DNA from: Sminthopsis crassicaudata
Taxonomy: Eukaryota
Direction: 5' to 3'
Assembly (NCBI RefSeq): GCF_048593235.1
Contig: NC_133618.1
Location: forward strand, 660,436,361-660,500,360
Length of the DNA stretch: 64,000 bases
The notes below the pieces were generated by a model that was not told the DNA's origin, did no database searches, and was given only the letters and a program-made list of their open reading frames with translations. A program made the position numbers and the translations under genes. Numbering within the stretch: the first letter of the stretch is position 1; each line of letters starts with the position of its first letter. Positions 49,101 to 60,300 of the stretch are shown here, piece by piece.

Positions 49101-51161
49101 TGGGTACTCAGTACCTTAGTAGAATCCCTGGGAGGAGGCAGAGGGGGAACAGTGATTGTAGCCCCTGCAGGAATGCTGGGTTCACTGGAAGCCCAGTCAC
49201 TGGTTGACCCTGCCTTTGGTGTTGCTCTCTCTTCTCTGGGCCTGTCTCTAGGGCTGGTTCTTCCCAGCTTAGTGATTCTGTGATGTTAAAAATATCTTCT
49301 AGCCCCTCAGACCTCAGTCACCTTTTTGCTCCTCATGCCCCAAGGATAATGGGAAGGGCAAATGGAGGCTTCTCTAATTTAGGGCCACAGCAGCTGCAGC
49401 CTGTGATGTGATGGCAGGCCCATCCTTAACCTCCACAGCTCCTTGGCAGTGATCGTGGCGGGCAGGGTTGCTTCTTTGCTCATTTGGATTGAACCGACAA
49501 GCATTTGAGTGCTTATTGTGCGTCGGACACTGGGCCAAATGCTGGAAATAGAAAGAAAAGCAAGGATAGTGCCCACAGGGAGCTCATTCTGAAGGAGAGA
49601 CACATGCAACCAACTCTGCCTGCCTAAGAGATATGTTACATGTAACCTATGTGAATGTCCTTTCATTCTGCGTCTTTGCTGTAGAAATGGAAAGCAGTCT
49701 CAGACAGAAGGCACTCCTAGCTTTAGAGGGACTGGCAGAGGATTCTTATAGAAGGTGAATTTGTTTTCAGTTAACTAAGATTTATTAAACACGAGGTGCC
49801 CAGCACTGTGCCAAGCTGCTAAGGGAGAAGGTGGGTTTTTGCTGAGATTTGAAGGAAACCCAGGAAGCCAGAGGCTGAGATGGGGAGGGAGAGTTTTGGG
49901 GCATGGAGGTCAGTCAGGGCAAATGCCAGAATTTGGGAGGGAGAAGAACAGCCGGCCAGCGCCACTGCTTGGGCATGTGTGGCCAAGGCAGGGCAGAGTG
50001 ATGAGGCAGGATTTCAGGCTGACCCTGAAGACTGCAGGCCGCATCTCCAGCAGGGGGCCTTATGAAGAAGCTTGTTCCTCCCAGGCTCAAGGAAGATAGC
50101 TTCCCACCAGAAGGGCCTTTTCAGGACAGTGGGGAGTCTGAGGCTTTCCAGGCAGAATCTTGGGTCACAGCATCACCCACCCTGTGCTTCCCTGCTCAGA
50201 ATAGATTGCTTAAATGTAGCGAAATGCAAGGGATTACAAAGGAAACCAATTCTATTCAAACACAGCCATCAGATTGGGTTTTTAAAAACATTCAGGGAAT
50301 CCCAGAAATCTCTACAGGCCAAGGTTAAGAATCCCCAAGTGAGATTGTAGACATCTGTCTCTGGTAGCATGGATAAGTTCCATGGACTCAAATCCATCAT
50401 GGGAGGTCCCAGAGCAAGGAGAGGCCCTTTGCCAAGGAAGGACAAGATGGGTAGCTGGGAAACAATTCCCTTCTGCTTGAACAATGCTCAAAACACCTGG
50501 CTCCTTGCTCCACGTTGGTCGGGGCCAGTCTGATGACGCCTGCTTTTTTGGAACAGCTTTGGGCCTTGGGATGAGGCGGGCCCTGCGGGGCTTCTCTCCC
50601 GAGTTCTCAGCAGCTCACTGCCCCTTCCTCTTTTCAGTGGCTGGATCACTGCTGTGTCCACAGTGAAGGCTGACTCGCCCATCGCCGTGTCAGTCATCAT
50701 GATGGTGGTGGCTGGCTTCTTCACCCTCTGTGCTGTCCTCTCCCTCTTCCTGCTGAAGCGGGTAAGGCTTGTGTACACAGATGAGAGGGAAAAAATGCAG
50801 AGGAGGAGGAGCAGCAGCAGGATGGGGAGGAGCAAAAGGAGGAGGAGGAGGAAGGGAGGAGTCTGGCAAAACAAGCCTTTGTTTATTCCTCTACTCTTCA
50901 CATCCCCAATTAAAAGGGAGACTCACGTCCATAGGCTCCTCAGGAGGTGAAGGAGCAGAGTTGGCAGAGATGCGGTCCAAAGAGCTCTCACCATCTGCTC
51001 TGGTTCTCTGGCTTGCTTTCCCTCAGGTGCACTCCCTGTACCGACGCACGGGCGCCAGCTTCCAGCAGGCCCAGGAGGAGTTCTCCCAGGGCATCTTCGC
51101 CAGCAGGACCTTCCGAAACACAGCAGCTGGTGCTGCCCGAGGAGCATTCCAGGGAAATTAG
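30903..51161 (+). CDS. SCAMP2: Secretory carrier-associated membrane protein 2, join(30903-30959,41309-41389,41958-42047,44298-44415,45281-45409,47935-48094,48263-48364,50638-50761,51027-51161), 996 nt, 331 aa
   Basis: [19 protein letters not shown] start; three NPF motifs; coiled coil [18 protein letters not shown]; four TM helices; E-peptide [11 protein letters not shown]; C-terminus [20 protein letters not shown]; phases consistent. Confidence 0.97.
31221..31558. repeat. Degenerate G-rich minisatellite, about 30-bp unit, about 11 copies
   Basis: Approximate consensus AAGGGGCAGGRAAAGTGGTTGTAAATGAGGGG, inside a longer purine-skewed tract (31130-31840). Confidence 0.75.
33465..33655 (+). mobile_element. 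Mar1-like CORE-SINE
   Basis: gcagtggatagaa..ttcaaatctggcc..cctcagtttcctcatctgtaaaatgagctggagaaggaaatggcaaac..tatctttgccaagaaa. Confidence 0.8.
37685..37835 (-). mobile_element. Mar1-like CORE-SINE
   Basis: ttcgccatttcctcctccagctcattttacagatgag..cagggtcacccagctaggaagtatctgagg. Confidence 0.75.
39900..41000 (-). mobile_element. Old LINE-2 fragment
   Basis: Begins with a reversed L2 tail (agcatatattaagtacttattgtgtg), followed by purine-rich L2-like body; approximate. Confidence 0.55.
41309..41389 (+). CDS. SCAMP2: SCAMP2 exon 2
   Basis: [27 protein letters not shown]; ccctag acceptor, CTG|gtgagt donor. Confidence 0.93.
41958..42047 (+). CDS. SCAMP2: SCAMP2 exon 3
   Basis: [11 protein letters not shown]...[14 protein letters not shown]; CAG|gtactg. 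Confidence 0.93.
42778..42936 (+). mobile_element. Young WSINE1-like SINE
   Basis: Full body, long poly-A, TSD aaagctctgggt / aaagctctgagt (42765-42776, 42937-42948). Confidence 0.9.
44298..44415 (+). CDS. SCAMP2: SCAMP2 exon 4
   Basis: [20 protein letters not shown]...ANLH; G|gtgagg. Confidence 0.96.
44495..44640 (+). mobile_element. Young WSINE1-like SINE in SCAMP2 intron 4
   Basis: Perfect 15-bp TSD aaaatgtctcctggg (44480-44494, 44641-44655). Confidence 0.9.
45281..45409 (+). CDS. SCAMP2: SCAMP2 exon 5
   Basis: RPNNWPPLP...YYLWM; T|gtgagt. Confidence 0.96.
46800..47770 (+). mobile_element. Old LINE-2 fragment
   Basis: CT-rich L2-like body (cttggatgtcttgtggacatctc..ccatccttcatacagctgcc..) and L2-like tail; approximate. 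Confidence 0.6.
47935..48094 (+). CDS. SCAMP2: SCAMP2 exon 6
   Basis: [13 protein letters not shown]...[10 protein letters not shown]; AG|gcaagt GC donor. Confidence 0.95.
48263..48364 (+). CDS. SCAMP2: SCAMP2 exon 7
   Basis: [17 protein letters not shown]...GWGN; AG|gtgagg. Confidence 0.96.
49490..50060 (-). mobile_element. Old LINE-2 fragments
   Basis: Reversed L2 tails (caagcatttgagtgcttattgtg; gatttattaaacac..gtgccagcactgtgccaag). Confidence 0.5.
50130..50336. mobile_element. hAT/Charlie-type MITE (same family as 27812-28012)
   Basis: ggattacaaaggaaaccaattctattcaaa..ccaaggttaagaatcccc; left end approximate. Confidence 0.55.
50638..50761 (+). CDS. SCAMP2: SCAMP2 exon 8
   Basis: GWITAVST...[23 protein letters not shown]; CGG|gtaagg. 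Confidence 0.96.
51027..51161 (+). CDS. SCAMP2: SCAMP2 exon 9 (terminal coding exon)
   Basis: [24 protein letters not shown]...AFQGN-TAG. Confidence 0.96.
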   Translation: MHSLYRRTGASFQQAQEEFSQGIFASRTFRNTAAGAARGAFQGN

Positions 51162-52541
51162 CCCCATCTTTGCCAGCCCTTTTCTTTCACTGGTCTTGCC
51201 GCCTCCTCCCGAGACGCACTTTCTGGGGTACCTTGCTTACTTAACGGTTCCAGCTAAGAGACAGAGATGGGTCTCGCCTGTCACTCATCCCATGTTTCTC
51301 AGCAGCCAGCTTTCCCTCCTGGAGGGTCAGTTTTTTATACACACACATACACACACCCCAAAACACAAAAGTTAGCCCGGGTCTGTCTTGTCTTTTGTGT
51401 TGGTAGTAATTTGGTGGAGTTCCTGTCTTCAAGTGGTGGGGTTTGGTTGTGGGGGTCCCCTTGTTTGTGATAAATCACCCCTGGCTGGGCTTTTAAATTT
51501 CTGTGGCTCAGAGAGAGAATCCAGGGCAGGGCAGAGGGGGATGCTGGCACCATGCCAGCACGATGCTGCCTTGTACAGATGGCCATCAGGAAGATGCTCA
51601 GTGGGCCCACAATTTTTACAGTGTGGAAAGGACTAAGGGGATTCCCCCCTTTGCCACTTCCTATCAGCTGAGAAAAATCAGTGTATTTGTGACTTCAGAG
51701 AACCTGTGGCAGGAGGGCAGCCAGGCTGGGTTCAGGACACTAACTCATTGCCCAGATTGGAGAGCAGCTCCATCTCTGCCCCCTGCCAGGTTGCGGCTAC
51801 CCCTGCCCTGGGAAGGGAACTGGAATCCCCGCCTTTAAGCAACAAGTGCCTTACTAGTCATTTCCTTCCCCCCAAGGCTGGTGAGCTTGGGGTTCCCCCC
51901 ATCCTCTGGGACTGAGATGCTTGAAGGCCCTTTGGGGGCTTTGCTCCAGACTGGTGGGTGGGGGGGGGGGAAGAGGGGAGTCAGGCATCCATTCTCTTCC
52001 CAATCCTGAGGCTTTGGGCCTTTGGGCCCATTGAGCCGACAAACCCCGCTTCTGCTGTGGTCCCTTTGCGCTCTGTCCTTGCTTCTCTCCCCACTACCCC
52101 TTGCAATAGAGCATGGACTTGGGAAGAACTGAACTTCCAGCTGTTCTCCCCGAAAACTTGGCAGGGCTCTAGGCAGGGTCTAGCCTTCCAGGGTTTATCT
52201 GGAAGACAGCTGGACCCTCTTTGCCCCCTGGCTCCAGAAGCAAAACTAAGGCCAGTCTTGCAGAGCCTGGGGGCAGGAAGGGAGTGGGAGGAGGGAAGGA
52301 GGCACTTGTGATCCCTCCTGACCGACTGCTCTAATCCAATCAAGTCGGGGCTGGTCTGGGCTTTGTGACTGGGACCCCCAGCCTCAGTGCTGTTTGCCCG
52401 ATTCTTTTCTGGCCCCAAACGTTCCTAGCAATAGTGGCAATGAATGAGATTGTGACAACTCCCTACTTTTATTCCTGAGATATATTTTTTTTCCTTTCTG
52501 TGTACAAATGTATGTGTCAATGTCTTAACTTTTATGCTTTA

Positions 52542-52547
52542 AATAAA
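52542..52547 (+). terminator. SCAMP2 polyadenylation signal AATAAA
   Basis: AATAAA about 1.4 kb after the stop, preceded by TGTA motifs (52501, 52509) and U-rich sequence, before the ULK3 CpG island. Confidence 0.8.
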
Positions 52548-52999
52548 AACAATACAGATATAAAAAATGGACTTTCCTAGTGTACAAACATTTTTCTTGG
52601 GAGCCCCAAAATGATGGGGTGAGGGTGGAGAAGATTGCCCAAGGGTGGCATTGGGGTTTAAAGTGCAAACACAGGTCCTAGCAGACCCCAGCCGACTTAC
52701 AATCTCCATTTGGCTTTCCTCATCTGAGAAATGGAACAATAGCACCCTGCTCACAGTGCTGTTGTGAGGATCTAGAGCGACCACACCTGCGAGCCTTCAG
52801 TTAATGACCAGGAAAAGGGGACCAGAAATCAGCCAGGGAAAGGCTTGAACAGCCGGCCCACCTTTTGCCGGATGATGCTCTGTTTGGCCTGAATTTGCCT
52901 TCCCGGTTGGAGAGGAGCAGGGCATGGGGGGAGCTCCTCTGCGCCGTGCATTTGGGCTTCAGGGACACTGCTTCCCTGGGATGAAACGGAAATGCCATT

Positions 53000-54300
53000 T
53001 TATTTGATGTTTTAGATTCTTGTAAAGAAGATGAAGAGCGGTGGCCCGGGGAGCGCCAGGGAGTGGGGGACCAGAGCCGAGCGGGGTCCGGGGCCCAACT
53101 CTTCTGTGACCTTCCTCCTCCCCAGGAGAAGGACGGGCAGGTCTGGGGGGGCGCAGGCAATCCAATGGGAAGAGGCGTGGCCCGGCCGCGGGGCCTCAGT
53201 TTCCTCGTGTAGACGGATGGTCCCGAGTTCCTCGCGCCCCAAGAACGGCCGCCCTGCACTGCTCACGGCCGGCGCTGGGGGCAGCGCGGAGCCGGGCCCG
53301 CAACCAGGAAGCGGCGGTCGGGCCTGCGCTGCCGAGCGCCGCGCACGGCGGGGGCCGGGGCCAGGGCCGGGGCCGCGACCACCATGGCGGGGCCCGGCTG
53401 GGCGCCCCCGCGCCTCGACGGCTTCATCCTCACGGAGCGGCTGGGCAGCGGGACTTACGCCACGGTGTACAAGGCCTACGGCAAGGTGAGGGGCGGCGCG
53501 CAGGAGGAGCTCCGGGAGAAGGGGAGAGTTTCTCAGGGGCTTCCCGGAGCCGGCCTGGGCTACGCCGCGCTCCCGCCCCAGAGCAGGCCGGGAAATCCGG
53601 GCCCAGAGCGGCCCAGTCCGAGATACGAGATCAGATTCAGGGCCCCGGAGCCGCGCCGGAGAGGCAAGAGCGGGGGCGGGGAGGGTGGAGGAGGGGCTCC
53701 CGGCCCGCCCCACGTGCCCCGGACCCTACGGCCCCGGGCCTCCAACCCTCCCCCGCCTGGTCTGGCCGCCCTCCGAGCTCCAGGTGGGGTGATGGGGAAA
53801 TGCTTGGGCGGCTTTACTCCTCCCCCCCAATGTCTTTTCAGTTCCCTTCCCCGAGCCCCGGGAACCGGGGGTGCCGAGGCAGAGAAAAACAAGCCCAGCA
53901 GATCCCCCCGCCCTCCGGGAGCTTCCATCCCCCGGGGCCATCCAGCGTTCCCCCCCACCCCCGGACGAAGTAGACTAATGGAGCCCCGGGAAAGCTTTCC
54001 CTAGAAAGGGGCACGTGAGCCGGGCCAGAAGGGACGATCCCTCCTCTCCCAAAACAACTGTAATTCTGCCCAGTCCCTCCTCCCCAGACCCAGAGTAAAG
54101 GCTTCCCCTGGGCGCTGCCACCGGGAGCCGTCCGTAGTTGACGGCGGGCTCCTCCCCCTTAGGGTATTTCCGGGAGAGGCGGGGGCGGGGACCGGACCCC
54201 TGGGGCCACCCCTCGGATACTGCGGCCCTTGGGGCTACGAGCCGTCCCTTCCCACCCTCTGTATCCGACCTTGGGTTTCCCATATGCAACATCCACTGTC
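53000..54300. promoter_or_regulatory. CpG island / ULK3 promoter
   Basis: High CpG density around ULK3 exon 1; CCAAT near 53161 and GC boxes; approximate. Confidence 0.85.
53384..53485 (+). CDS. ULK3: ULK3 exon 1
   Basis: accATGG; [34 protein letters not shown]; AAG|gtgagg. Confidence 0.96.
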
Positions 54301-57300
54301 TCCGGTCTCCTTAATCCCGGCTGTGATTGGAATTCCCTCCCTCCTCTCTCAGTCTCCTAGAGAACCAGCCTCCGGACACTAGAACAAATCACTTAGGAGG
54401 CTTGTTTCAGTCATCTGTAAAATGGGCATAAATAACAGCCCTGAGCTCTAGTATCTCAGATATTTGTAAACGCTTCGCAGCGTTTCTGGCGCTTAATAAA
54501 CGTCATATAAATGATATTATTCTTATTTCCGGCTTCTTTCAAGGCTCAGTTCAAATAGCACCTCCTAAAAGCATTTCCTGATTCTCCCATATGTAAAATG
54601 AAATCTTATTTTTTTATAAAGTTTTTATTTCTTTACTACGTGTTTATATAAGTAGAACATAATTTTTTTTTTCCTGAGGCATTTGGGGTTACGTGACTTG
54701 CCCAGGGTCACGCTGCTTGGGTGCGTCTCTGTCCCAGGGGCCGCCCCCCTAATCCGGCCAGGTTTACGTTTATCACCCTGTCCGTCTCTCCAGAAGGACA
54801 CCCGGGAAGTGGTGGCCGTCAAGTGTGTGAGCAAGAAGAGTCTGAACAAGGCGTCGGTGGAGAATCTGCTGACTGAAATTGAGATCCTCAAAGCGATCCG
54901 ACACCCGCACATCGTGGAGCTGAAGGACTTCCAGGTCTGGGCACGGAGGCGGAGGAGGAAGTGGGCACGGCCGGGAGGCGAAGGTGGCCCCGCCTGGGAC
55001 GCGGGCACTGAACCGGCCTTTGTACTAGGCTTATTCTGATAAGGGCTGGAAAATGAGATAATAATAGTAAAGTGCTTACCCAGCTCAGAGGAGAGGGGAG
55101 CTCTGCTACTAAAAGTAACATTGTTATTGCGTCCCCACAACAGCCCCGTGAGGAGTTACTGTTATTATCTCCATGTTTTAGCTAAGGAAACTGAAACAGA
55201 TGAAATAAATTGCTTGGGGTGTAACGCTGGATTTGAACTAGGATCTTTTGGCCAGGCCAGGCCCTGAGCTATCTCACTGCCTCTGGTTGAGGGTAAAGCC
55301 CTGATCTAGGTAGGAAGACCTGGATTCAAGTGTCACCTCAAGTCCTATGGCTATTAATCCCTGAGTTTTGTGGAGAATAAGGAGAATGACTGTGCCCACC
55401 CCCTAGGGTTGCTGGGAGGGCCATGGGAGATAATACATGACTTTACAGGGGCAAGATGACTGACGCTGTTGCCCTCCTCCTTGTGCCCTCCCCAGTGGGA
55501 CAATGACAACATCTACCTCATCATGGAATTCTGCGCCGGGGGTGATCTGTCCCGCTTCATCCGCACCCGTCGCATCCTGCCTGAGAAGGTGGCTCGCATC
55601 TTCCTGCAGCAACTGGGTAAAGGCTTTGGGGAGGAGGAAGGAGGGGATCACAGACAGGGATGGCTAGGACCCGGGACCCCTAGAATGGTCCTCCCAGGTT
55701 GGCAGGAGGCAGCAAAGAACCTGGAGCTAGAACAGGGGCTTTCGATGGGGCGGGGGGCACAGAGGGAGCAGTTGAGAAAGGCCTCGAGGGACCAGAGGGT
55801 GTCCGGCTGGTGTTCTGGCCCCCAGTCTCTAGATCCGCTGTAGGCTTCCCTCCAAGACTATGGGCAACGGGGAGCTCGTGAAGGGGAAGGGGCACAGGGA
55901 TTCAGTCCCTTGCCCCCCCCCCCCCCACTTTCCGCAATTCAGCCAGTGCTCTTCAGTTTCTGAATGGGCGTAACATTTCTCACCTGGATCTGAAGCCACA
56001 GAACATCCTGCTGAGCTCCCTGGAGAAGCCTCACCTCAAACTGGCAGGTGAGCTTGGGGATGGACAGGGAGGGGCAGCCCCTTCCTTTTCCTCCTCTTCT
56101 ATCCCCTCTCCTCCTTCTTTTCCTCCCTTCCTTCCCTTCCCTCCCTCTAGTAAGATGATTATCGGCCTGAACTTCACCTGTGGGATGGAGAGTATCAAGG
56201 AGGCTGCCACATCAAGGAGGCAGTGACTGGGATTAGGAGGCCAAGCTGTGGCCAGGATTAGGGGTTAGACTGTGGCTGGTGTTAAGGGTCAGTCTGTGGC
56301 TGGGGTTAGGAGTCAAACTGTGATCAGGGTTAGAGGTTAGTCTATGTGGAGGATTATGAGTCATTCTGTGTCCAGGATAAGTCCCAGGCCAGGATTAGAG
56401 TTCCATTTCCAGGATTAGGGGTCATTCTCAGGCATGGAAGTGATAATTTTTTTCCATGCTCAGTTCCCTGGCCCATGGGGGAGTCCTGATGTCGGGAGAC
56501 TCTGGCCAGACGGTGTGGGGTGTATATACAGAAGAAAAGGTCTGGAAGAGGAAACCCTGGTTTGAATCCTCATTCGGCCCCTTCCTCCCTGTGAGGATCT
56601 TAGAGGAGCTGCTCTCCCTCAGCGGATCCAGTGCCCTCCACAAAGGAAGGGGCAGGTCTGAAGGCCTCTGTTCCCTCTTTCAGTTCTCAGTCTGTGGTCC
56701 TACCAATTATTCTTTTCAACCTTGACCTGGCGGAGAACCTTCTGCCAGCTTCAGGTTCTGGGTTCCATCCTGAGGCTGGGACTGTGTTCAGGCCCATCCT
56801 GCCCAAAGGGACTGAGTCCTCATGGTCAGCGATGTGGAAGAAATGAAAAAATGTCACAATCTCCCTCCCTGGGAACTGATCCCTAACCCTGGCCACAGAC
56901 TGACCTCTAACCTTCAGGCTGACCCCTAACTGACCACAGATTGGCTTTTTTTTAAACTTTATTTAAAATTTAATTTTATTTTGTTACATTTTAAATTCCA
57001 AACTGGCTTCCTCTCTCCCCACCCTGCCCCAGAGAAGGCCACCATTTGACACATGGAGATATCTATATAAATTTATATTCCTATGTAGATATATATCTGT
57101 ATCTATACATACCTACACACACACACATACTATACATACTTCTGTTTATCTATTCTTTTTCTAGAGGTAGATCGCATCTTCCTTCGAAGATCCTTTGTAA
57201 TTTACTTGAGTTGACTTGAATATTTATAATACTCAGAATAAGTTAGTCGTTCACCGTTATTCTCTGAGTAGTTTCGCTGTTTCTATGTATGATATCCTCT

Positions 57301-60300
57301 TATTTCTGCTCATTTCACTCTTCGTTATTTCATGCAGGTCTTTCCATATGTTTCCAAGACCACCCTGCTCAGCATGTTTTATGGCACATTAGAATTCTGT
57401 CACAACCACCACTTGTTCAGTCATTCCCCACTTGATGAACATTCCTGCAGTTTCTAGTTCTTTGCCACCACAAGGAGAGCTGTTATAAATATTTTACAGT
57501 ACTTGGGTTCTTTTCCCTGTCCCCTGATCACCTTGGGAAACAGAACCAATCATGGTATTGCTGAGTCAAAGGGTATGCAATGCTAGAATTCCTTGAGTAG
57601 AGTTCCAAATCATTCTCCCAAATGCTTGGATCAGGACAATTCCATCAACAGTGTCTTAGTGTCCCAGTTTTTCCACATCCCCTCTAATATTTATCATTTC
57701 CTCCCCTTCTGTCACTTTAGCCAATCTGATAGGTGTGAAATGATAGCAAAAGCTGTTTTAATTTACATTTTTATAATCAATAATAATGTATTTTTTCATG
57801 TGACTAAATATAGCTTTGATTGCTTCATTCATTCTACCTGTTCATATCCTTTGACCCAGATTGGCCCTAATCTAAACCATAGACTGACCCTTAACTCTTG
57901 AGAGTCTCCCAGTTTGTTGTAAAGACAGTACCTGGGAAGAACAAGGAGAGGAAGCGAAACTGGATAGAACGAGGTCCTGGGTGGGAAGGGAGAGATCTGT
58001 AAGGGCTGCAGTTGTCAGGGGAGCTTTCCTGGAGGAGGTGATGTTTGAGCTGGGCCTGGAAAGAGACAGGATTGGGGTAGGACCATTAGGGTGGGAGCAG
58101 TATGGGCAGATCTCTAAAGCAGTAGATCAGTGGAGGGCTACAGGACGTGATATTGGAGTGGATGGATAAGCCCAGATAATGGAGAGCCTGTATTATCAAC
58201 CTCACAAATGCTGTTGGCTTGGGGGGGGGGCTGTGCATCCCCACCAGTCATCCCCAAGACTTGGCCCTTACTCTGACCCGGGCTCTCCCCTCCTCCCCAG
58301 ACTTTGGCTTTGCACAGCACATGTCCCCATGGGATGAGAAGCACGTTCTCCGAGGGTCCCCCCTTTACATGGCCCCCGAGATGGTGTGTCGGCGGCAGTA
58401 CGATGCCCGGGTGGATCTCTGGTCTGTTGGCGTCATCTTGTATGGTAAGAGGGCCTTCTCCCAGTGGGGCCAGGGGGCTCCAGCAGAGCCTTCTGGAGTC
58501 ACACTCCCCTTCTCCCATTCCCTTCCCCATTGCCCCATGTGGCCAGGGAGAGGAGAAAGAAGCAGTTGGGTCATAGAAGAAAAAGGAATGAATGATGGAG
58601 CTGGGCAGGGGGCACAGTGTGGGTTGTTGGGGGAAGGGCACCCTGAGCTGGTGCTTAGGAGGTGTAGATTCTAGTTTTGGGTCAGACTTGCTTGTTGGGT
58701 GACTTGAGGAAAGACCCTTTGTTCAGTTTCTAATTTAGAAAATGTGCTGGGCACCTGTCAGATTGGCTAAGATGGAAGGAAAAGATAATGCGGAATGTTG
58801 GAGGGGATGTGGGAAAACAGGAACACTGATGCATTGTTGTTGGAGTTGTGAATACATCCAGCCATTCTGGAGAGCAATCTAGAATTATGCTCAAAAAGTT
58901 ATCAAACTGTGCATACCCTTGGATTTTCTACTGGGTTTATATCCCAAGGAAATACTAAAGAAGGGAAAGGGACCCACATGTGAAAAAATGTTTGTGATAG
59001 CCCCCTTTGTAGTGTCCAGAAACTGGGAACTGAGAGGATGCCCCTCAATTGGAGAATGGCTGAATAAATTATGGTATATGAATGTTATGGATTATTGTTG
59101 TTCTGTAAGAAATGACCAACAGTGATGATTTCAGAGAGGCCTGGAGACCTACATGAACCTGATGCTGAGTGAAAATGAACAGAACCAGGAGATCATTGTA
59201 CACGGCAATAGCAAGACTATATGATGATCAGTTCTGATAGTCGTGGCTCTTCTCAACCATGAGATGACTCAGGCCAATTCCAGTAGATGTGATGGAGAGA
59301 GCCATCTGTATCCAGAGAGAGGACTGTGGGAACTTCCTATCATCTTTGGTCCCAGAAAGGAAGGGAGGGCCCAGGAACTTGGAGCTGGGGCTTCTTTTTT
59401 TTTTAACCCTTCCTTTTTTTTGCACTCAATACTACTGTTTTTTTCCCAATTACATGTAAAGGTAGTTTTCTTTTTTAGTACTATTTTATTTTTCTAATTA
59501 CATGTAAAGATTGTTTTGTTTTTTCAGTAGTATTTTATTTTTCCAATCATATGTAAAGATAGTTTTCAACATTCACTTTTAGAAAGCTTTGTGTTCCCAA
59601 TTTTTCTCCTCTTATTTCCCCAAGAAAGAAGCAATCCAATATAGACTATACATGTGCAATCATGTGAAGCATATTTCTACATTAGTCATGTTATAAAAGA
59701 AGAATCAGAAAAAAGGGAAAAACCAGAAGAAAGAAAGAAAAAAATAAAAAAGTAAAAATAGTCTGCTTCGCTCTGCATTCAGACTCCAGAGTTCTTTCTC
59801 TGGATGTGGATGGCATTTTCCATCACAAGTCAGTTAGAATTGTCTTGGGTTGAGGGCAGCTAGGTGGCGCAGTGGATAGAGCACCAGCCCTGAATTCAGG
59901 AGGACCCGAGTTCAAATCTGATCTCAGACACTTAACACTTCCTAGCTGTGTGACCCTGGGCAAGTCACTTAACCCCAGCCTCAGAAAAAAAAAAAAAAAA
60001 AAGAATTGTCTTTGGTCATTGCTGAATCTCTGATCATTGCAAGTGTTGCTGTTAACTGTGTACAATGTTCTCCTGGTTCTAGAGCTGGGACATCTAAGTT
60101 GGGTTGACCAGATCCTCAGTTTTCCCCCTCTGTGAGATGGGTCTGTCACTTTTTTACCTATATAGTGTCTCCTAGTAATAAGTGGAGAAGGGACTTAGCA
60201 AACCTTCCCCAACTTTCCCCTTTGGGACCCCTCCCTAACTGCTCCCCAACTTCCCTCTCTCTCCCCCTCATGCCCCCTTCGGTGAACCAGAGGCTCTTTT

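Noticed and set aside
53012-54004. 233-aa (-) and 206-aa (+) ORFs at the ULK3 5' end
   Set aside because: The + ORF is exon 1 read through into intron 1, and the - ORF is CpG-island antisense noise.
56228-56429. Tandem arrays (here and 31221-31558) as CRISPR-like arrays or interstitial telomere
   Set aside because: Units are degenerate and contiguous with no unique spacers, the context is mammalian, and there is no (TTAGGG)n run longer than 1-2 units.
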